From: Smithellaceae bacterium
Lineage (GTDB): Bacteria; Desulfobacterota; Syntrophia; Syntrophales; Smithellaceae
Reading direction: 5' to 3'
DNA: 64,000 bases
Assembly (NCBI GenBank): GCA_963667845.2
Contig: CAXXVL010000002.1
Coordinates: forward strand, 448,001-512,000
The notes beneath the pieces are model-generated. The model searched no databases and was not told the origin of the DNA. It worked only from the letters and a program-made list of their open reading frames with translations. The translations under genes were made by a program, and so were the position numbers. Every line of letters begins with the position of its first letter. The stretch's first letter is position 1. This document shows, one piece after another, positions 27,449 through 38,009 of this stretch.

Positions 27449-29812
27449 ATGAACGAAAATGACCCGGCATCGGGAAAAACAGATAACACCATGAGAAATG
27501 CAGTCCAGCGCCTCCACGATCTCGAGGCCGCCATTAACCGTGGGCCGGTGATCTATTGCATCTGGCGTTTCGCCGAAGGGGCGCCGGTGGAATATATATC
27601 GAACAATATTATTCAATGGGGTTATACGCCGGAAGATTTCATGTCCGGACGCAAAACGTGGTACAGCATCACGCATCACGATGACATTTGCCGCCTCCAA
27701 CTGGAAATTCGCAAAAATCTGAAAAACAAAATCCCGATGTTTGAGCAAAGCTACCGGGTACTTGATAGTAAAGGTGAAATCCGCTGGATTCAAGACCAGA
27801 CGGTATTTATATACGACCGTGCGGGTCTTGTTACTCACCTGCAGGGTTCCATCCTTGATGTGTCCGAACAAAATCAAACCAGGCAGACTCTGCATGAGAC
27901 GCAAAATCTCTACCAAACCGTATTTGAGAATGCGGGAACGGCCATCGGCATTGCCGATCAGGACAGAAATATCCTGCTCGGTAATAAGAAAATGGAGGAA
28001 CTCACGGGATATACGCTGGCGGAACTGGCCGACGGAAAGAAACAATGGGATTCTTTCATTACCGCTCCGGACAGCGAATTTCTGAAAAGCCGGCACAAGA
28101 AACGACTGGCTGAACCGTCCACGCCTCCGCATCAATATGATGTTCGTATCATAACCAAAGGCGGCTCGATGAAGGATATTCAGCTGACGGCGACTTTGAT
28201 ACCCGGAACACAAAGATCCCTTGTCTCCATATTGGACATCACGGACCGCGCTCAGGCGGAAAGAGAACTCAGGGAGTCCAGGGAACGCCTCCAGGAACTG
28301 TTGGCCAGATCATCCGACATCATTGCCGTTGTGGACGATCAGGGAATCTTTCAATATATCTCCCCGTCGGTTAAAAGGATTCTGCGTTATGATCAGTGCG
28401 ATTTGATCGGCAGGAGCTGTCTGGATTTCATCCATCCCGATGAAACGGAAACGATCCTCACCGAGCTTAAGGATCTGATCCTTTCTCGGAATGACGGTAT
28501 CGCCACGGAATTCCGTTTTCGCACCGCCACCGGCGATTGGACGTACTTGGAAGCGCTGGGGAGCAACTGTCTCCATAACCCGGCCATTCGCGGTATCATC
28601 ATCAATGCACGCGACGTGACGGAGCGCAAGCGTCTGGAACTGCAGCTGCTCCATTCGCAGAAGATGGAGGCCATCGGGCGGCTCGCCGGAGGCATCGCTC
28701 ACGACTTCAACAATATCCTCATGGGCATTCAGGGATATATTTCTCTCTTGCTCTTGAAAACGGATACGGTTCATGCCGATTTCGAAAAACTCATCAATAT
28801 CCAGGCGCTCGTGCAAAGCGGCGCGGATCTCACCGGCAAACTGCTGGGATTTGCCCGCGGCGGCCGCTATGAACTGAAAGCAACGGACATCAACACCCTG
28901 ATTGCAAGAACCGTCAATTTATTCGGCCGAACCAAAAAAGAAATCGCCGTGCATCAGAAATACGAAAAGAAACCCTGGACGGTCGAGGTGGACCGCGTCC
29001 AGATCGAGCAGGTCATTCTCAATCTGCTGGTCAATGCCGGACAGGCGATGCCCCAGGGCGGAGACATCTATGTGGAAACCGAAAATGTCGCAGTCGGCCG
29101 TTCATCTCGCGCAGAAGATCTCGAACCGGGAGACTATATAAAAATCAGCATTACGGACACCGGCCTGGGAATGGATGAAGAAACACGGCAAAAGATTTTT
29201 GAACCCTTCTTTACGACGAAGGAAAAAGTCCGGGGCGTGGGCCTGGGACTGGCGTCCGCCTTCGGCATCATCAAAGAACACGGGGGAATCATCACCGTGG
29301 TGAGCGAACCGGGAAAAGGCACGACCTTCACAATTTACCTCACAACCTCCGACAAGGACATACCAAAAGAAAATTATGACGTCAAAGCCACCCTGACCGG
29401 GGATGAAGCAATCCTGCTGGTGGACGACGAATCGTCCATCATCGAAGTCTGCCGCGATATTTTAGCAAGTCTTGGATACAAAATATTCACGGCGGGAAAC
29501 GGCCGGGAAGCCGTTGCGCTTTATGCCCTCAATAAGGAAAAGATTGATCTCGTCCTTTTAGACATGATCATGCCCGGATTAAACGGCGCCGAAACATATA
29601 ATCAGTTGAAGTCCATCAATCCTCACGTCAAGGTCATTTTGTCCACGGGGTACAGCGGAAGCGAAGAGGCCCAGAAGATTCTGGACCGAGGCTGTTCGGG
29701 ATTGATCCAGAAACCTTTTCGCATCGAGGATCTGTCGCAGAAGATACGCGAAGTCCTCGATGCGGATGCCGAACTGCAGGAGAAGCCCGGACAAAACCAT
29801 GCGATTCTCTGA
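27449..29812 (+). CDS. Hybrid multi-PAS sensor histidine kinase/response regulator
   Basis: Three PAS domains, SQKMEAIGRLAGGIAHDFNN, HATPase domain, C-terminal REC. Confidence 0.94.
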   Translation: MNENDPASGKTDNTMRNAVQRLHDLEAAINRGPVIYCIWRFAEGAPVEYISNNIIQWGYTPEDFMSGRKTWYSITHHDDICRLQLEIRKNLKNKIPMFEQSYRVLDSKGEIRWIQDQTVFIYDRAGLVTHLQGSILDVSEQNQTRQTLHETQNLYQTVFENAGTAIGIADQDRNILLGNKKMEELTGYTLAELADGKKQWDSFITAPDSEFLKSRHKKRLAEPSTPPHQYDVRIITKGGSMKDIQLTATLIPGTQRSLVSILDITDRAQAERELRESRERLQELLARSSDIIAVVDDQGIFQYISPSVKRILRYDQCDLIGRSCLDFIHPDETETILTELKDLILSRNDGIATEFRFRTATGDWTYLEALGSNCLHNPAIRGIIINARDVTERKRLELQLLHSQKMEAIGRLAGGIAHDFNNILMGIQGYISLLLLKTDTVHADFEKLINIQALVQSGADLTGKLLGFARGGRYELKATDINTLIARTVNLFGRTKKEIAVHQKYEKKPWTVEVDRVQIEQVILNLLVNAGQAMPQGGDIYVETENVAVGRSSRAEDLEPGDYIKISITDTGLGMDEETRQKIFEPFFTTKEKVRGVGLGLASAFGIIKEHGGIITVVSEPGKGTTFTIYLTTSDKDIPKENYDVKATLTGDEAILLVDDESSIIEVCRDILASLGYKIFTAGNGREAVALYALNKEKIDLVLLDMIMPGLNGAETYNQLKSINPHVKVILSTGYSGSEEAQKILDRGCSGLIQKPFRIEDLSQKIREVLDADAELQEKPGQNHAIL

Positions 29813-29868
29813 CCGATAAGCTTCAGACACCTCCGTCATCTCAGCGCAGACAATGATTTCGCCTTTGG

Positions 29869-31476
29869 TCAGAATTTCTTCTTCAGCTCCTGCTTCAAAA
29901 TCTTGCCCGTCGGATTTCTCGGGAAGTCCTTCATGAACTCGACAAATTCCGGCAGTTTATATTTGGCGATTTTATCGGCAAGATAGGCTTTTACCTCATC
30001 CGCCGTCATCTCGCAGTTTTCCTTCAGAATAACACAGGCCCGGACGCGCTCTCCCAGCGCCTTGTCGGGAGCGCCGATCACGGCGGCTTCGGCGATCTTC
30101 GGGTGCTTCTCCAGAGGTATCTCAATCTCGCGCGGATAGATGTTTTCGCCGCCCCGGTTGATCATTTCCTTCTTGCGTCCGGAAATATAGACATACCCCA
30201 TTTCATCCATGTGCCCCATGTCGCCGGTATGCAGCCAGCCGTCTTTCAGCGACTCGGCCGTGGCTTCGGGTTTATTCAGGTAACCGATCATGACGGCGTC
30301 ACCCCGGACGCAGATTTCACCGCGCTCGCCGTAGGGCAGGATATTATTTGCATCGTCCATGATTTCGACCTCGAGGCCGGGGAACGGCATGCCGATGGAA
30401 CCGATGTTCTGAGGAATGCCCGACGAGGTTGTCGAAACGCCGGTCGCTTCCGTGAGGCCGTAACCGTCCACCACCTCAACACCGTACTTTTCTTTGAAGC
30501 CGTGAATCAGGTCCACCGGCATGGGTGCAGCTCCGGTGAAGGCCATTCTCAATTTCAGTTTGTCAACTTCGATCATTTTGGGATCGGCGGCATTGTAAAT
30601 GTAGGCATACATCGCCGGCACGCCCTGAACGGTCGTGACGCCGTAGCGCGTCAGCGACGGCCAGAAATCCGCGGGGGAAAAGGTCCGGCGGATGCAGAGC
30701 GTCAGCCCCTGATAGATGGTCGGATAGGTCCAGACGCAAAGCGGATTCACATGGAACATCGGCAGAATAATCAGGAAGACATCACCGGGCAGGCTTGTGC
30801 CGAACACAGCCTTGCCCTTGCAGATGGCCAGTTCGTTGCGGTGGGACAGCAAAATGCCCTTGGGCATGCCCGTCGTGCCGGATGAATATAACAACATGAT
30901 CGGATCATCCGGAGACTGCGGAACCAGGGTTTCATCGCTGGGATAGCGCGCCAGGATGTCCGCAAGGGTCGTCTCGGCAATTTGGGCGGAATGTTCAATT
31001 CCGGTAACGACTTCGACAACAATCGGTTTGTGTTCGGAGAGCTGCCAGCCCTTCGCGAATTCATCCATATAGTCGCTGCCGACAAAGGCCACCTTCGGCC
31101 GGGAATCCGTAAGCACGTAAGCGATCTCCGGCCCTTTGAGCATGTAATTCACCGCGCCGGTGACGGCGCCCAGTTTCTGGGCTCCGAACATCGTGTAGTA
31201 GATCTCCGGGGCGTTCAAAATCATGACGGAAACAATGTCTCCCTTCCCGACACCTTTTTCTTTCAGGTAGTGCGCGACGGCATTGGCCCGGTCATTAACC
31301 TGCGCGTAAGTGAGGACATCGTCGTAGTAATACACGAGCGGCTGATCCGGGCTTTCCCGGACGCGCGTCAAAAACATCTCGGCGATATTTGTAAATTCAA
31401 TTGCCCGCCCCTTCAGAGTGGACAGCCTTTCGAGCGGCACATACGTGCGCTGATAGCGCTTGCTTTTGTCAACCAT
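29869..31476 (-). CDS. Long-chain acyl-CoA ligase (class I adenylate-forming enzyme)
   Basis: LYSSGTTGMPKG, GYGLTE, HTGDMG, PTGKILK. Confidence 0.92.
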   Translation of the reverse strand: MVDKSKRYQRTYVPLERLSTLKGRAIEFTNIAEMFLTRVRESPDQPLVYYYDDVLTYAQVNDRANAVAHYLKEKGVGKGDIVSVMILNAPEIYYTMFGAQKLGAVTGAVNYMLKGPEIAYVLTDSRPKVAFVGSDYMDEFAKGWQLSEHKPIVVEVVTGIEHSAQIAETTLADILARYPSDETLVPQSPDDPIMLLYSSGTTGMPKGILLSHRNELAICKGKAVFGTSLPGDVFLIILPMFHVNPLCVWTYPTIYQGLTLCIRRTFSPADFWPSLTRYGVTTVQGVPAMYAYIYNAADPKMIEVDKLKLRMAFTGAAPMPVDLIHGFKEKYGVEVVDGYGLTEATGVSTTSSGIPQNIGSIGMPFPGLEVEIMDDANNILPYGERGEICVRGDAVMIGYLNKPEATAESLKDGWLHTGDMGHMDEMGYVYISGRKKEMINRGGENIYPREIEIPLEKHPKIAEAAVIGAPDKALGERVRACVILKENCEMTADEVKAYLADKIAKYKLPEFVEFMKDFPRNPTGKILKQELKKKF

Positions 31477-31492
31477 GGAATGTCCCTTTCTT

Positions 31493-32767
31493 TTACTTTT
31501 CTATTTTTATTTTATTTTTTTTATTTTCGGTCTTTCTTTCCTGCCGTTCATCGAGCCGCTTCTTGTATTCGTTGATGAATTCCTTGGACGACAGGTATTT
31601 GTCGGCAAAAGATACAATATAGGACTCCTTGTATTTGGGCGGCACCAGCGTCAGAGGCCACATGTGTCTTTTAATAATGTCCTCTTCAATCTCATTAATT
31701 GAAAAATGCTTTTTGGCGTTGGCCACGGCGATCGCCGGATGCGCAAGCCCGTGGAATTTTTTTCGGGGCAGATCGGGGACGTCATGATTGCGCCAGTCAT
31801 ACAAAAAGAAATCATGCAAGAGTGCCCCGCGGGCGGTCGATCGATAGTCCAGCTTAAAATATTTGCTGATCCGGTAAGAAAAATAGGCCACGTCATTCAC
31901 ATGGGCATAAATCGAGGAGTTATGATGAAAGAAGTCTTTGAGCTTCAAGAACTCTTCGTGCTGCAGAATATCCTGCACGATTTCGTAGTATTCTTTTTCA
32001 AAGGGTTTTCGGCAGGCCATTTCCAGGAATATTTTTTCCTGAATGGGTTTCAATAGGGAGTTCAGTCTCACGCGAATTTTCCGGTTGATATTCTGATAGA
32101 TATATTTATTCAGATCGGGAAATGCATCGCGCAAGCGCTGAAATGATTTCAGATTGCTTTCGATTTCGGCGTTGCTTAAGTTGAAATATTGGTCGTAAAG
32201 GTAAGCCACACCACGCCGGAAAGCGGCAAGCGACATCACGGAAAATGTATAGTCGACCCAGAAATAGACCATGAAAGCGATCGCCGCAATCTTGACCGCG
32301 ACTTCGTTCAACCCGGCCACCCATTGAAGGACGATCGGATGAATCCCTGTGACAAAGCCCAGGGCCAGCAACGTCCAGATGACGGAAAACCGCAGGCAGA
32401 CATAGCCGTGAAGGTTGAACCTGTTTTCCGAATAGTCCCAGAGCGTCAGCTTGAATATTTTTTCCGATAAGAGGCCGACCAGGTACTCCATGGCCGTGAC
32501 GGCCAGGCCGAAAACAATAAAACGCGGCACGATATGCCAGCCTTGAAAGATATGCTGCAAAGCAATGACGAGGAACGCCCCGAAACCGTAAATGAGAATG
32601 AAAGGACCGAATAGAAATCCCGCATTGACGAACTTCCGCTGCGAAACGGACCGGTAAATAACCTCTATCGCCCATCCGATAAAGCAATAAATTGCAAAAA
32701 GAACGATATAATAAAAGAAATTCAGGTCGCTGTTTATTGCACTATTTTGCACAACTGATCCCGGCAC
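31493..32767 (-). CDS. Putative permease-like membrane domain (DUF1113-type) fused to an HD-domain
   Basis: N-half GFLFGPF..IYGFG, LWDYS, NLHGYVCL; C-half HH...H, GALLHDFFLYDW, HMWP, SFADK. Confidence 0.8.
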   Translation of the reverse strand: MPGSVVQNSAINSDLNFFYYIVLFAIYCFIGWAIEVIYRSVSQRKFVNAGFLFGPFILIYGFGAFLVIALQHIFQGWHIVPRFIVFGLAVTAMEYLVGLLSEKIFKLTLWDYSENRFNLHGYVCLRFSVIWTLLALGFVTGIHPIVLQWVAGLNEVAVKIAAIAFMVYFWVDYTFSVMSLAAFRRGVAYLYDQYFNLSNAEIESNLKSFQRLRDAFPDLNKYIYQNINRKIRVRLNSLLKPIQEKIFLEMACRKPFEKEYYEIVQDILQHEEFLKLKDFFHHNSSIYAHVNDVAYFSYRISKYFKLDYRSTARGALLHDFFLYDWRNHDVPDLPRKKFHGLAHPAIAVANAKKHFSINEIEEDIIKRHMWPLTLVPPKYKESYIVSFADKYLSSKEFINEYKKRLDERQERKTENKKNKIKIEK

Positions 32768-33219
32768 ATTAAAATTGATTTAGAGGACCGCCGCCGTGTG
32801 GGCGCGATTCGAATGATATTCATATGCGGAATGTATCCTTTGCCAAGGAACTTAATCACAGTTGCTGATCTTTGCAAGATATATTTATTCGGGCGCGGCC
32901 CGCGCAATATGACGGCGACCGACGATCACCCCGTTGCTGATTGTCTCCGGCAGGGAAGCTCCATACTGCCTTCCTGTTCTCAAATCAAAATGGATTGTTT
33001 TGGAGATGTACAGGACCCCGCTCACTCTTTCACGATCAAACAACGTCCGGGGTTAAAAAACAACGGACAAAACCAATAAGATTTTTGTTATGTTGCGCGA
33101 GCGTTTCATTTTCGTGAAGCGGTTTGCCTGCCGGATTGCTTTTGAACCCGGCCGCGGACCGCTTCACGGTTGACAGCAAAACCATCTGCTGTTACATTCG
33201 GGCGCGAAAGCGAGACGTC

Positions 33220-33726
33220 ATGGAAAAGATAAAAATCGGCATCAGTTCCTGCCTGATCGGCAACCCCGTCCGCTATGACGGCGGGCATAAGCTGAGCTCG
33301 TCTCTTCTGGATAGCCTGGGTCAGTACATCGATTATCTGCCCGTCTGCCCCGAAGCCGAATGCGGCATGGGAATTCCCCGGGAGGCCATGCGGCTTGAAG
33401 GCAAGTCCGATGCTCTGCATCTGATCACCCGCCTCACCCGGGAGGACAAGACGGACATCATGATCCGCTGGGCGAACAATCGCGTCGCACAACTGGAAAG
33501 GGAAAATCTCCGCGGCTTTATTTTCAAGAGTGACTCGCCGTCCTGCGGGATGGAGAGAGTGAAAGTCTATGATGATCAGGACGTGCCGGTCAAAACCGGC
33601 ATTGGCCTTTTTGCACGGATTTTTATGGAATACTTTCCGGGGCTGCCGGTCGAAGAAGAAAGCCGGCTTTGCGACGCGGCGCTGCGCAAAAATTTCATTG
33701 AACGGATATTCACGTTCCAACGATGA
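33220..33726 (+). CDS. DUF523 / 2-thiouracil desulfurase-like protein
   Basis: IGISSCLIGNPVRYDG, VCPE, SPSCG. Confidence 0.88.
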   Translation: MEKIKIGISSCLIGNPVRYDGGHKLSSSLLDSLGQYIDYLPVCPEAECGMGIPREAMRLEGKSDALHLITRLTREDKTDIMIRWANNRVAQLERENLRGFIFKSDSPSCGMERVKVYDDQDVPVKTGIGLFARIFMEYFPGLPVEEESRLCDAALRKNFIERIFTFQR

Positions 33727-33783
33727 CGGGAAATCCCGCCTGCTCAATCCGGCAGGGAGACCCGGCGGACCGTTTGCCGGCAA

Positions 33784-34944
33784 TCAGAATGGCGGATGAA
33801 CGGTCATGAAGGTTAAAACGTCCATGCCGTTTGTTTCTGCCTTCGTCATTTCCCCATTGATCACGCGGATCATCAAATCGATCATCCGGTCGCGAAGCTG
33901 ATTCAACCCGCTGCCCTCAACAAGAACGCCGGCATTGACGTCCATGTCATCCTTCATCGCCTCATACATTCTGGTATTGCTGGCCACCTTGATGACGGGC
34001 ATGGCGGGAAAACCGATGGGATTTCCCCTGCCGGTGGAAAAGAACATGAGGTGAGAGCCGCTGGCCGCAAGGCCCGCCATAGAATCGCTGTCATATCCCG
34101 GCCCGTCCTGGAGAATCAGGCCGTGTTCGGATGGCGCCTGTCCGTAATCCACAACCTGATTGATTGTGGTTGTCCCGCCTTTGAAGATACAGCCCATTGA
34201 TTTTTCGGCAATCGTGCTCATGCCGCCGTCCATATTGCCGGGAGAAATAACAAGGCTCGCCAGCTCGCCCATCACGTCCTGCGTCAGCTTTTCCGCGCGG
34301 GCGATCATCTGTTCGATTTGACCGGCAACCTGCTGATCTCTGGCCCGTCGCGTAAGAACGTGCGTCGTTCCTATCATCTCGGTATTTTCACCGAAAATAA
34401 CTGTTGCGCCTTTCTTGACGAGCCAGTCGGAGACGGCACCCATCGCCACATTGGCCGTTACGCCCGACATGGCATCGGACCCGCCGCATTCCATGGCGAT
34501 CAACAGTTTGTCCCAGGGCACCACTACCCTGGGCTGGCTGGCAAGGTCCGCAAGCATCCGGCGGGCGGCGGCAATCCCTTTGCGCGACGTCTCAACAGAC
34601 CCGCCGTCGGATTGCACGTTAAAGACTTCAATGGGTTTACCGGCATCGCTGAGATGAGCAAGAAGCCCCGCCGTATTGGATACTTCACAGCCCAAACCGA
34701 TAAGAACCACACCACCGACATTGGGATGGCGCACGAGTCCGGAAAGGATCCGAAAAAGGATTTCGATGTCCCGCATGCCGCCCCGGCCGCATCCGTAGGC
34801 ATGGGGCGCACATATCGCCTCCGGCACTTCCCGCGATATCCGGTTGATAACACCGTTGACGCAGGATACCGTGGGGAGAACAAGAACATGGTTTCGAATG
34901 CCGATGCTTCCGTCTTTTCTTATATACCCGCTGACATCAGTCAT
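33784..34944 (-). CDS. UxaA-family dehydratase large subunit
   Basis: GIRNHV, GLGCE, ECGGSD, GNMDGG, EKSMG, FSTGRG. Confidence 0.9.
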   Translation of the reverse strand: MTDVSGYIRKDGSIGIRNHVLVLPTVSCVNGVINRISREVPEAICAPHAYGCGRGGMRDIEILFRILSGLVRHPNVGGVVLIGLGCEVSNTAGLLAHLSDAGKPIEVFNVQSDGGSVETSRKGIAAARRMLADLASQPRVVVPWDKLLIAMECGGSDAMSGVTANVAMGAVSDWLVKKGATVIFGENTEMIGTTHVLTRRARDQQVAGQIEQMIARAEKLTQDVMGELASLVISPGNMDGGMSTIAEKSMGCIFKGGTTTINQVVDYGQAPSEHGLILQDGPGYDSDSMAGLAASGSHLMFFSTGRGNPIGFPAMPVIKVASNTRMYEAMKDDMDVNAGVLVEGSGLNQLRDRMIDLMIRVINGEMTKAETNGMDVLTFMTVHPPF

Positions 34945-35212
34945 TTTTCCACCGTCTGCTTTCCAGGTTGTGCGTATGGACCCACTGCCCTTTCTTAATC
35001 GTCACTTTGCTCACCGCCACGGTCTCTCCGTATTTGATTATTTCTTCTCCGGCAGATATCTCGCGAAGGGCTACCTTGTGGCTTGCGGGTATGTCGTCCA
35101 GAGTTTTAAAAGCTTCAGCCCCATCAACCTGCACCAGATCGCCGGCAGCCATAGCTCTCAGGACGACGGCGACATTGTCTCGGGGATGAATGATCAGTGC
35201 ATTGTCCTTCAT
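34937..35212 (-). CDS. UxaA-family SAF-domain small subunit
   Basis: HPRDNVAV, HKVAL, IIKYGE, VHTHN; overlaps the large subunit. Confidence 0.9.
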   Translation of the reverse strand: MKDNALIIHPRDNVAVVLRAMAAGDLVQVDGAEAFKTLDDIPASHKVALREISAGEEIIKYGETVAVSKVTIKKGQWVHTHNLESRRWKND

Positions 35213-35374
35213 GATTCCTCCCGGTTTCCGTGATGACTTCTCCGGATTGATCATATTCCAATATGCAGAGAAATGCCAATTGAAAGCAGGTGTATTCGAG
35301 CGGATTGAACGCTTCTGATTGAAACAGCGATTCGACGATTCATATCTCTCTTGCCGCGCAATCGGTCCAGCGGA

Positions 35375-36700
35375 TCACTTCGGCCGGTTGCTCAGCCTAA
35401 TGAGTTTACTTCGCACTAAATCAACGTGCTCACGAAGTTTATAGACATCTTCGAAGAAAGCCACGGGCACGGCAATCCTGTTGATCGAAGTCTCAATCTG
35501 ATCGATCTTTTCATAATAATCCGACATATCTTCCCGGTTGGAACTTTCTGCGAGCTCCAATTCCAGATTCTTAAGTTCTCTATACCAGCCGTAGAATTTC
35601 CGTCTGTGACGCCAGGAATAAACCCAGGGTATGCTGCGGATTATAGGAATCAGGATAATGGCCATCGGAACCATGATTAAAATTGTGCGATCGAGAACCG
35701 CAGCCAGTCCAAAGGGAAGATAGTCAAGCAAAAAAGGGCGTCCTGATTTATAAAATCTCTCCGCATAAATGGAGGAAGGGAAGCTCACCTCCCTGGGCGC
35801 CGGAAACTCACCTTTCTTATTGACCCAGCCCGCACTGCTGTGAATCTCGGCGGCCGCATCCAGAAGCAAATATATCAAAGCGGGGTGGAGGTCTTTGCGT
35901 ATAATAAGATTTGTCGTTACGGCCAAAAGATGAACGTCATGCAAGGGTAATTTCTTCGGAATATTCAGGATGCCCTGCGGCAATACGACATGGGACAAAG
36001 CGGGGATCAGGCGGGTGTATGCTTCAGCCTGTCTGAAGTTCATCAGCTTCACCTCCGGATCAAGCAAGAGTTCAGTCACCAGAGCGTTATCCTCTGTGCC
36101 GATGATCATGACGGCGTCTGCCTTCCCTTCCCGCAAGGCTTTCCTAGCCGCAAGACCGGAAAGATCGAGCAGTTCTGTTGGCGGATCTGCGCTGCTGTTT
36201 AGTTTAAGCAGGGCCATGGCCAATTTACGCACCCCGCTGCCCTGTGGTCCGATGGCAATTCTCTTCCCGGCAAGTTCGGACAAGTCGTCAAGCGTCTTCC
36301 GGTCTCGATAAAAAACCCAGATTGGTGAATAGGCCACAGCTCCGAGGGAAGCGAGATTACTCCCTTCGGCAGTTGATCTTAAGCCGTCCTGGACGAAACC
36401 GGCGTCAACTCGATAGGATTTGTCACTAAGACGATTAAGGTTCTCTATGGCACCCGAAGAGGAAAGCAATTTAACTTCAACATGCTCACGCGCCAGGATT
36501 TGCCGATACCGCTCCCCAAAAACTTCATATGACCCATTTTTTAACCCGGTGGTCATGACCAGACTGTTGGGCGACTTGAAATGGTAGGCGATGATGATCG
36601 AAATAATCAGAATGAACAGCAAAGCGACAAGGATGGCCAGAAAGCCGTGATTTGATATCGAAGAAACGATAAAATATCTGATGTTTGTTTTTCGGGTCAT
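35375..36700 (-). CDS. TAXI-family solute-binding domain protein with membrane anchors
   Basis: SSGAIENL, GFVQDG, LAGKRIAIGPQGSG; N- and C-terminal hydrophobic segments. Confidence 0.8.
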   Translation of the reverse strand: MTRKTNIRYFIVSSISNHGFLAILVALLFILIISIIIAYHFKSPNSLVMTTGLKNGSYEVFGERYRQILAREHVEVKLLSSSGAIENLNRLSDKSYRVDAGFVQDGLRSTAEGSNLASLGAVAYSPIWVFYRDRKTLDDLSELAGKRIAIGPQGSGVRKLAMALLKLNSSADPPTELLDLSGLAARKALREGKADAVMIIGTEDNALVTELLLDPEVKLMNFRQAEAYTRLIPALSHVVLPQGILNIPKKLPLHDVHLLAVTTNLIIRKDLHPALIYLLLDAAAEIHSSAGWVNKKGEFPAPREVSFPSSIYAERFYKSGRPFLLDYLPFGLAAVLDRTILIMVPMAIILIPIIRSIPWVYSWRHRRKFYGWYRELKNLELELAESSNREDMSDYYEKIDQIETSINRIAVPVAFFEDVYKLREHVDLVRSKLIRLSNRPK

Positions 36701-36903
36701 TCTATCCCTCTTACGGGCAAAGGGTTCTTAAAGAAGCCTATAGAATTCAGATGGGCAGAACTGAGGAGCAATGGGAGCGCGCTTCGCGGCCTATGCCGCG
36801 GGTTGTCACCCCGTGCCACATTCAGGCGGTCCGGCGGTTAGATCATGTGGTTGACGGGACGGTCCCTATTGATTATGTGCTGTTCCGGGCGCCCGGCAGT
36901 CCG

Positions 36904-37794
36904 TTAACGCACCTGTCCGGCCGAACGTTTTAACGCCTCAATACGGTCTTCCAGCGGCGGATGCGTCATGAAAAGCAACTTCAAGCCATGCTTGGATGGC
37001 TTCCCGGCAATGCCGAATGCTTTCATCTGATCCGGCAGCGGCTCGAAGGTGCTGCGCTGCAGGCTCTGAAGCGCGGCAATCATACTGCCTGTGCCCGCCA
37101 GTTTTGCGCCACCCGCGTCCGCTGCGTATTCCCTCTTCCTGCTGAACCACAGAACAATGACGCTGGCCAGGATTCCGAAAATGATTTCAGCGACAATGGT
37201 CGTCACAAAAAAGCCCAGCCCGTGGCCTTCTTCATTTTTCAAAACGACGCGATCCACAAAATATCCGACGATGCGCGCAATAAAGATGACAAACGTGTTG
37301 ACGACGCCCTGGATCAGGCTGAGCGTAATCATATCTCCGTTGGCGACATGACTGATTTCATGGCCCAGCACCGCTTCGACTTCGTCGCGCTTCATCGTCC
37401 GCAAAAGACCGGTGCTGACCGCCACCAGGGCCTTGTCCTTATTCATACCGGTGGCAAAAGCGTTAGGCGAATCCGAATCGAACACCGCCACTTCGGGCAT
37501 GCCGATTCCCGCCTGGGAGGCCAGCTTTTTGACTGTGTCAGTAAGCCAGATTTCCGCATCCGAACGAGGCTGGACAATCACCTGAGCCCCGGTTGCCCGC
37601 TTGGCCATCCACTTGGAAATCGCCAGCGAGATGAACGAACCGCCGAAACCGAAGATACCGGCAAAAATCAGCAGACTTACGTAATTGATACCGTTGGCTG
37701 CAAGAAATCGATCAGCGCCAAGGATGTGGACGACAATACTTAAAACCACCATCACGGCGATATTGGTCACGATAAACAACAATACCCTTTTCAT
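36904..37794 (-). CDS. htpX: Membrane zinc protease HtpX
   Basis: [31 protein letters not shown]. Confidence 0.95.
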   Translation of the reverse strand: MKRVLLFIVTNIAVMVVLSIVVHILGADRFLAANGINYVSLLIFAGIFGFGGSFISLAISKWMAKRATGAQVIVQPRSDAEIWLTDTVKKLASQAGIGMPEVAVFDSDSPNAFATGMNKDKALVAVSTGLLRTMKRDEVEAVLGHEISHVANGDMITLSLIQGVVNTFVIFIARIVGYFVDRVVLKNEEGHGLGFFVTTIVAEIIFGILASVIVLWFSRKREYAADAGGAKLAGTGSMIAALQSLQRSTFEPLPDQMKAFGIAGKPSKHGLKLLFMTHPPLEDRIEALKRSAGQVR

Positions 37795-38009
37795 TTCTAA
37801 CTACCTCCTCCGCTTCCCGGGCGGGAGCGGTTTGACAAAACTGTTCTGTGGACTGCAAAATAAGCTCTATCTTAATGTCTGACCCGAGAATGTCAAGGGT
37901 TTCTTAAGCCGGAGAAAAGAGATGAAAGACCAAGGTGTTGCAACCACCTTTACGGGCGGCAAATTCTTTGTTCCCCAGAGTCGCGCCCTGCCCCGGTAAA
38001 AATTCCGAT

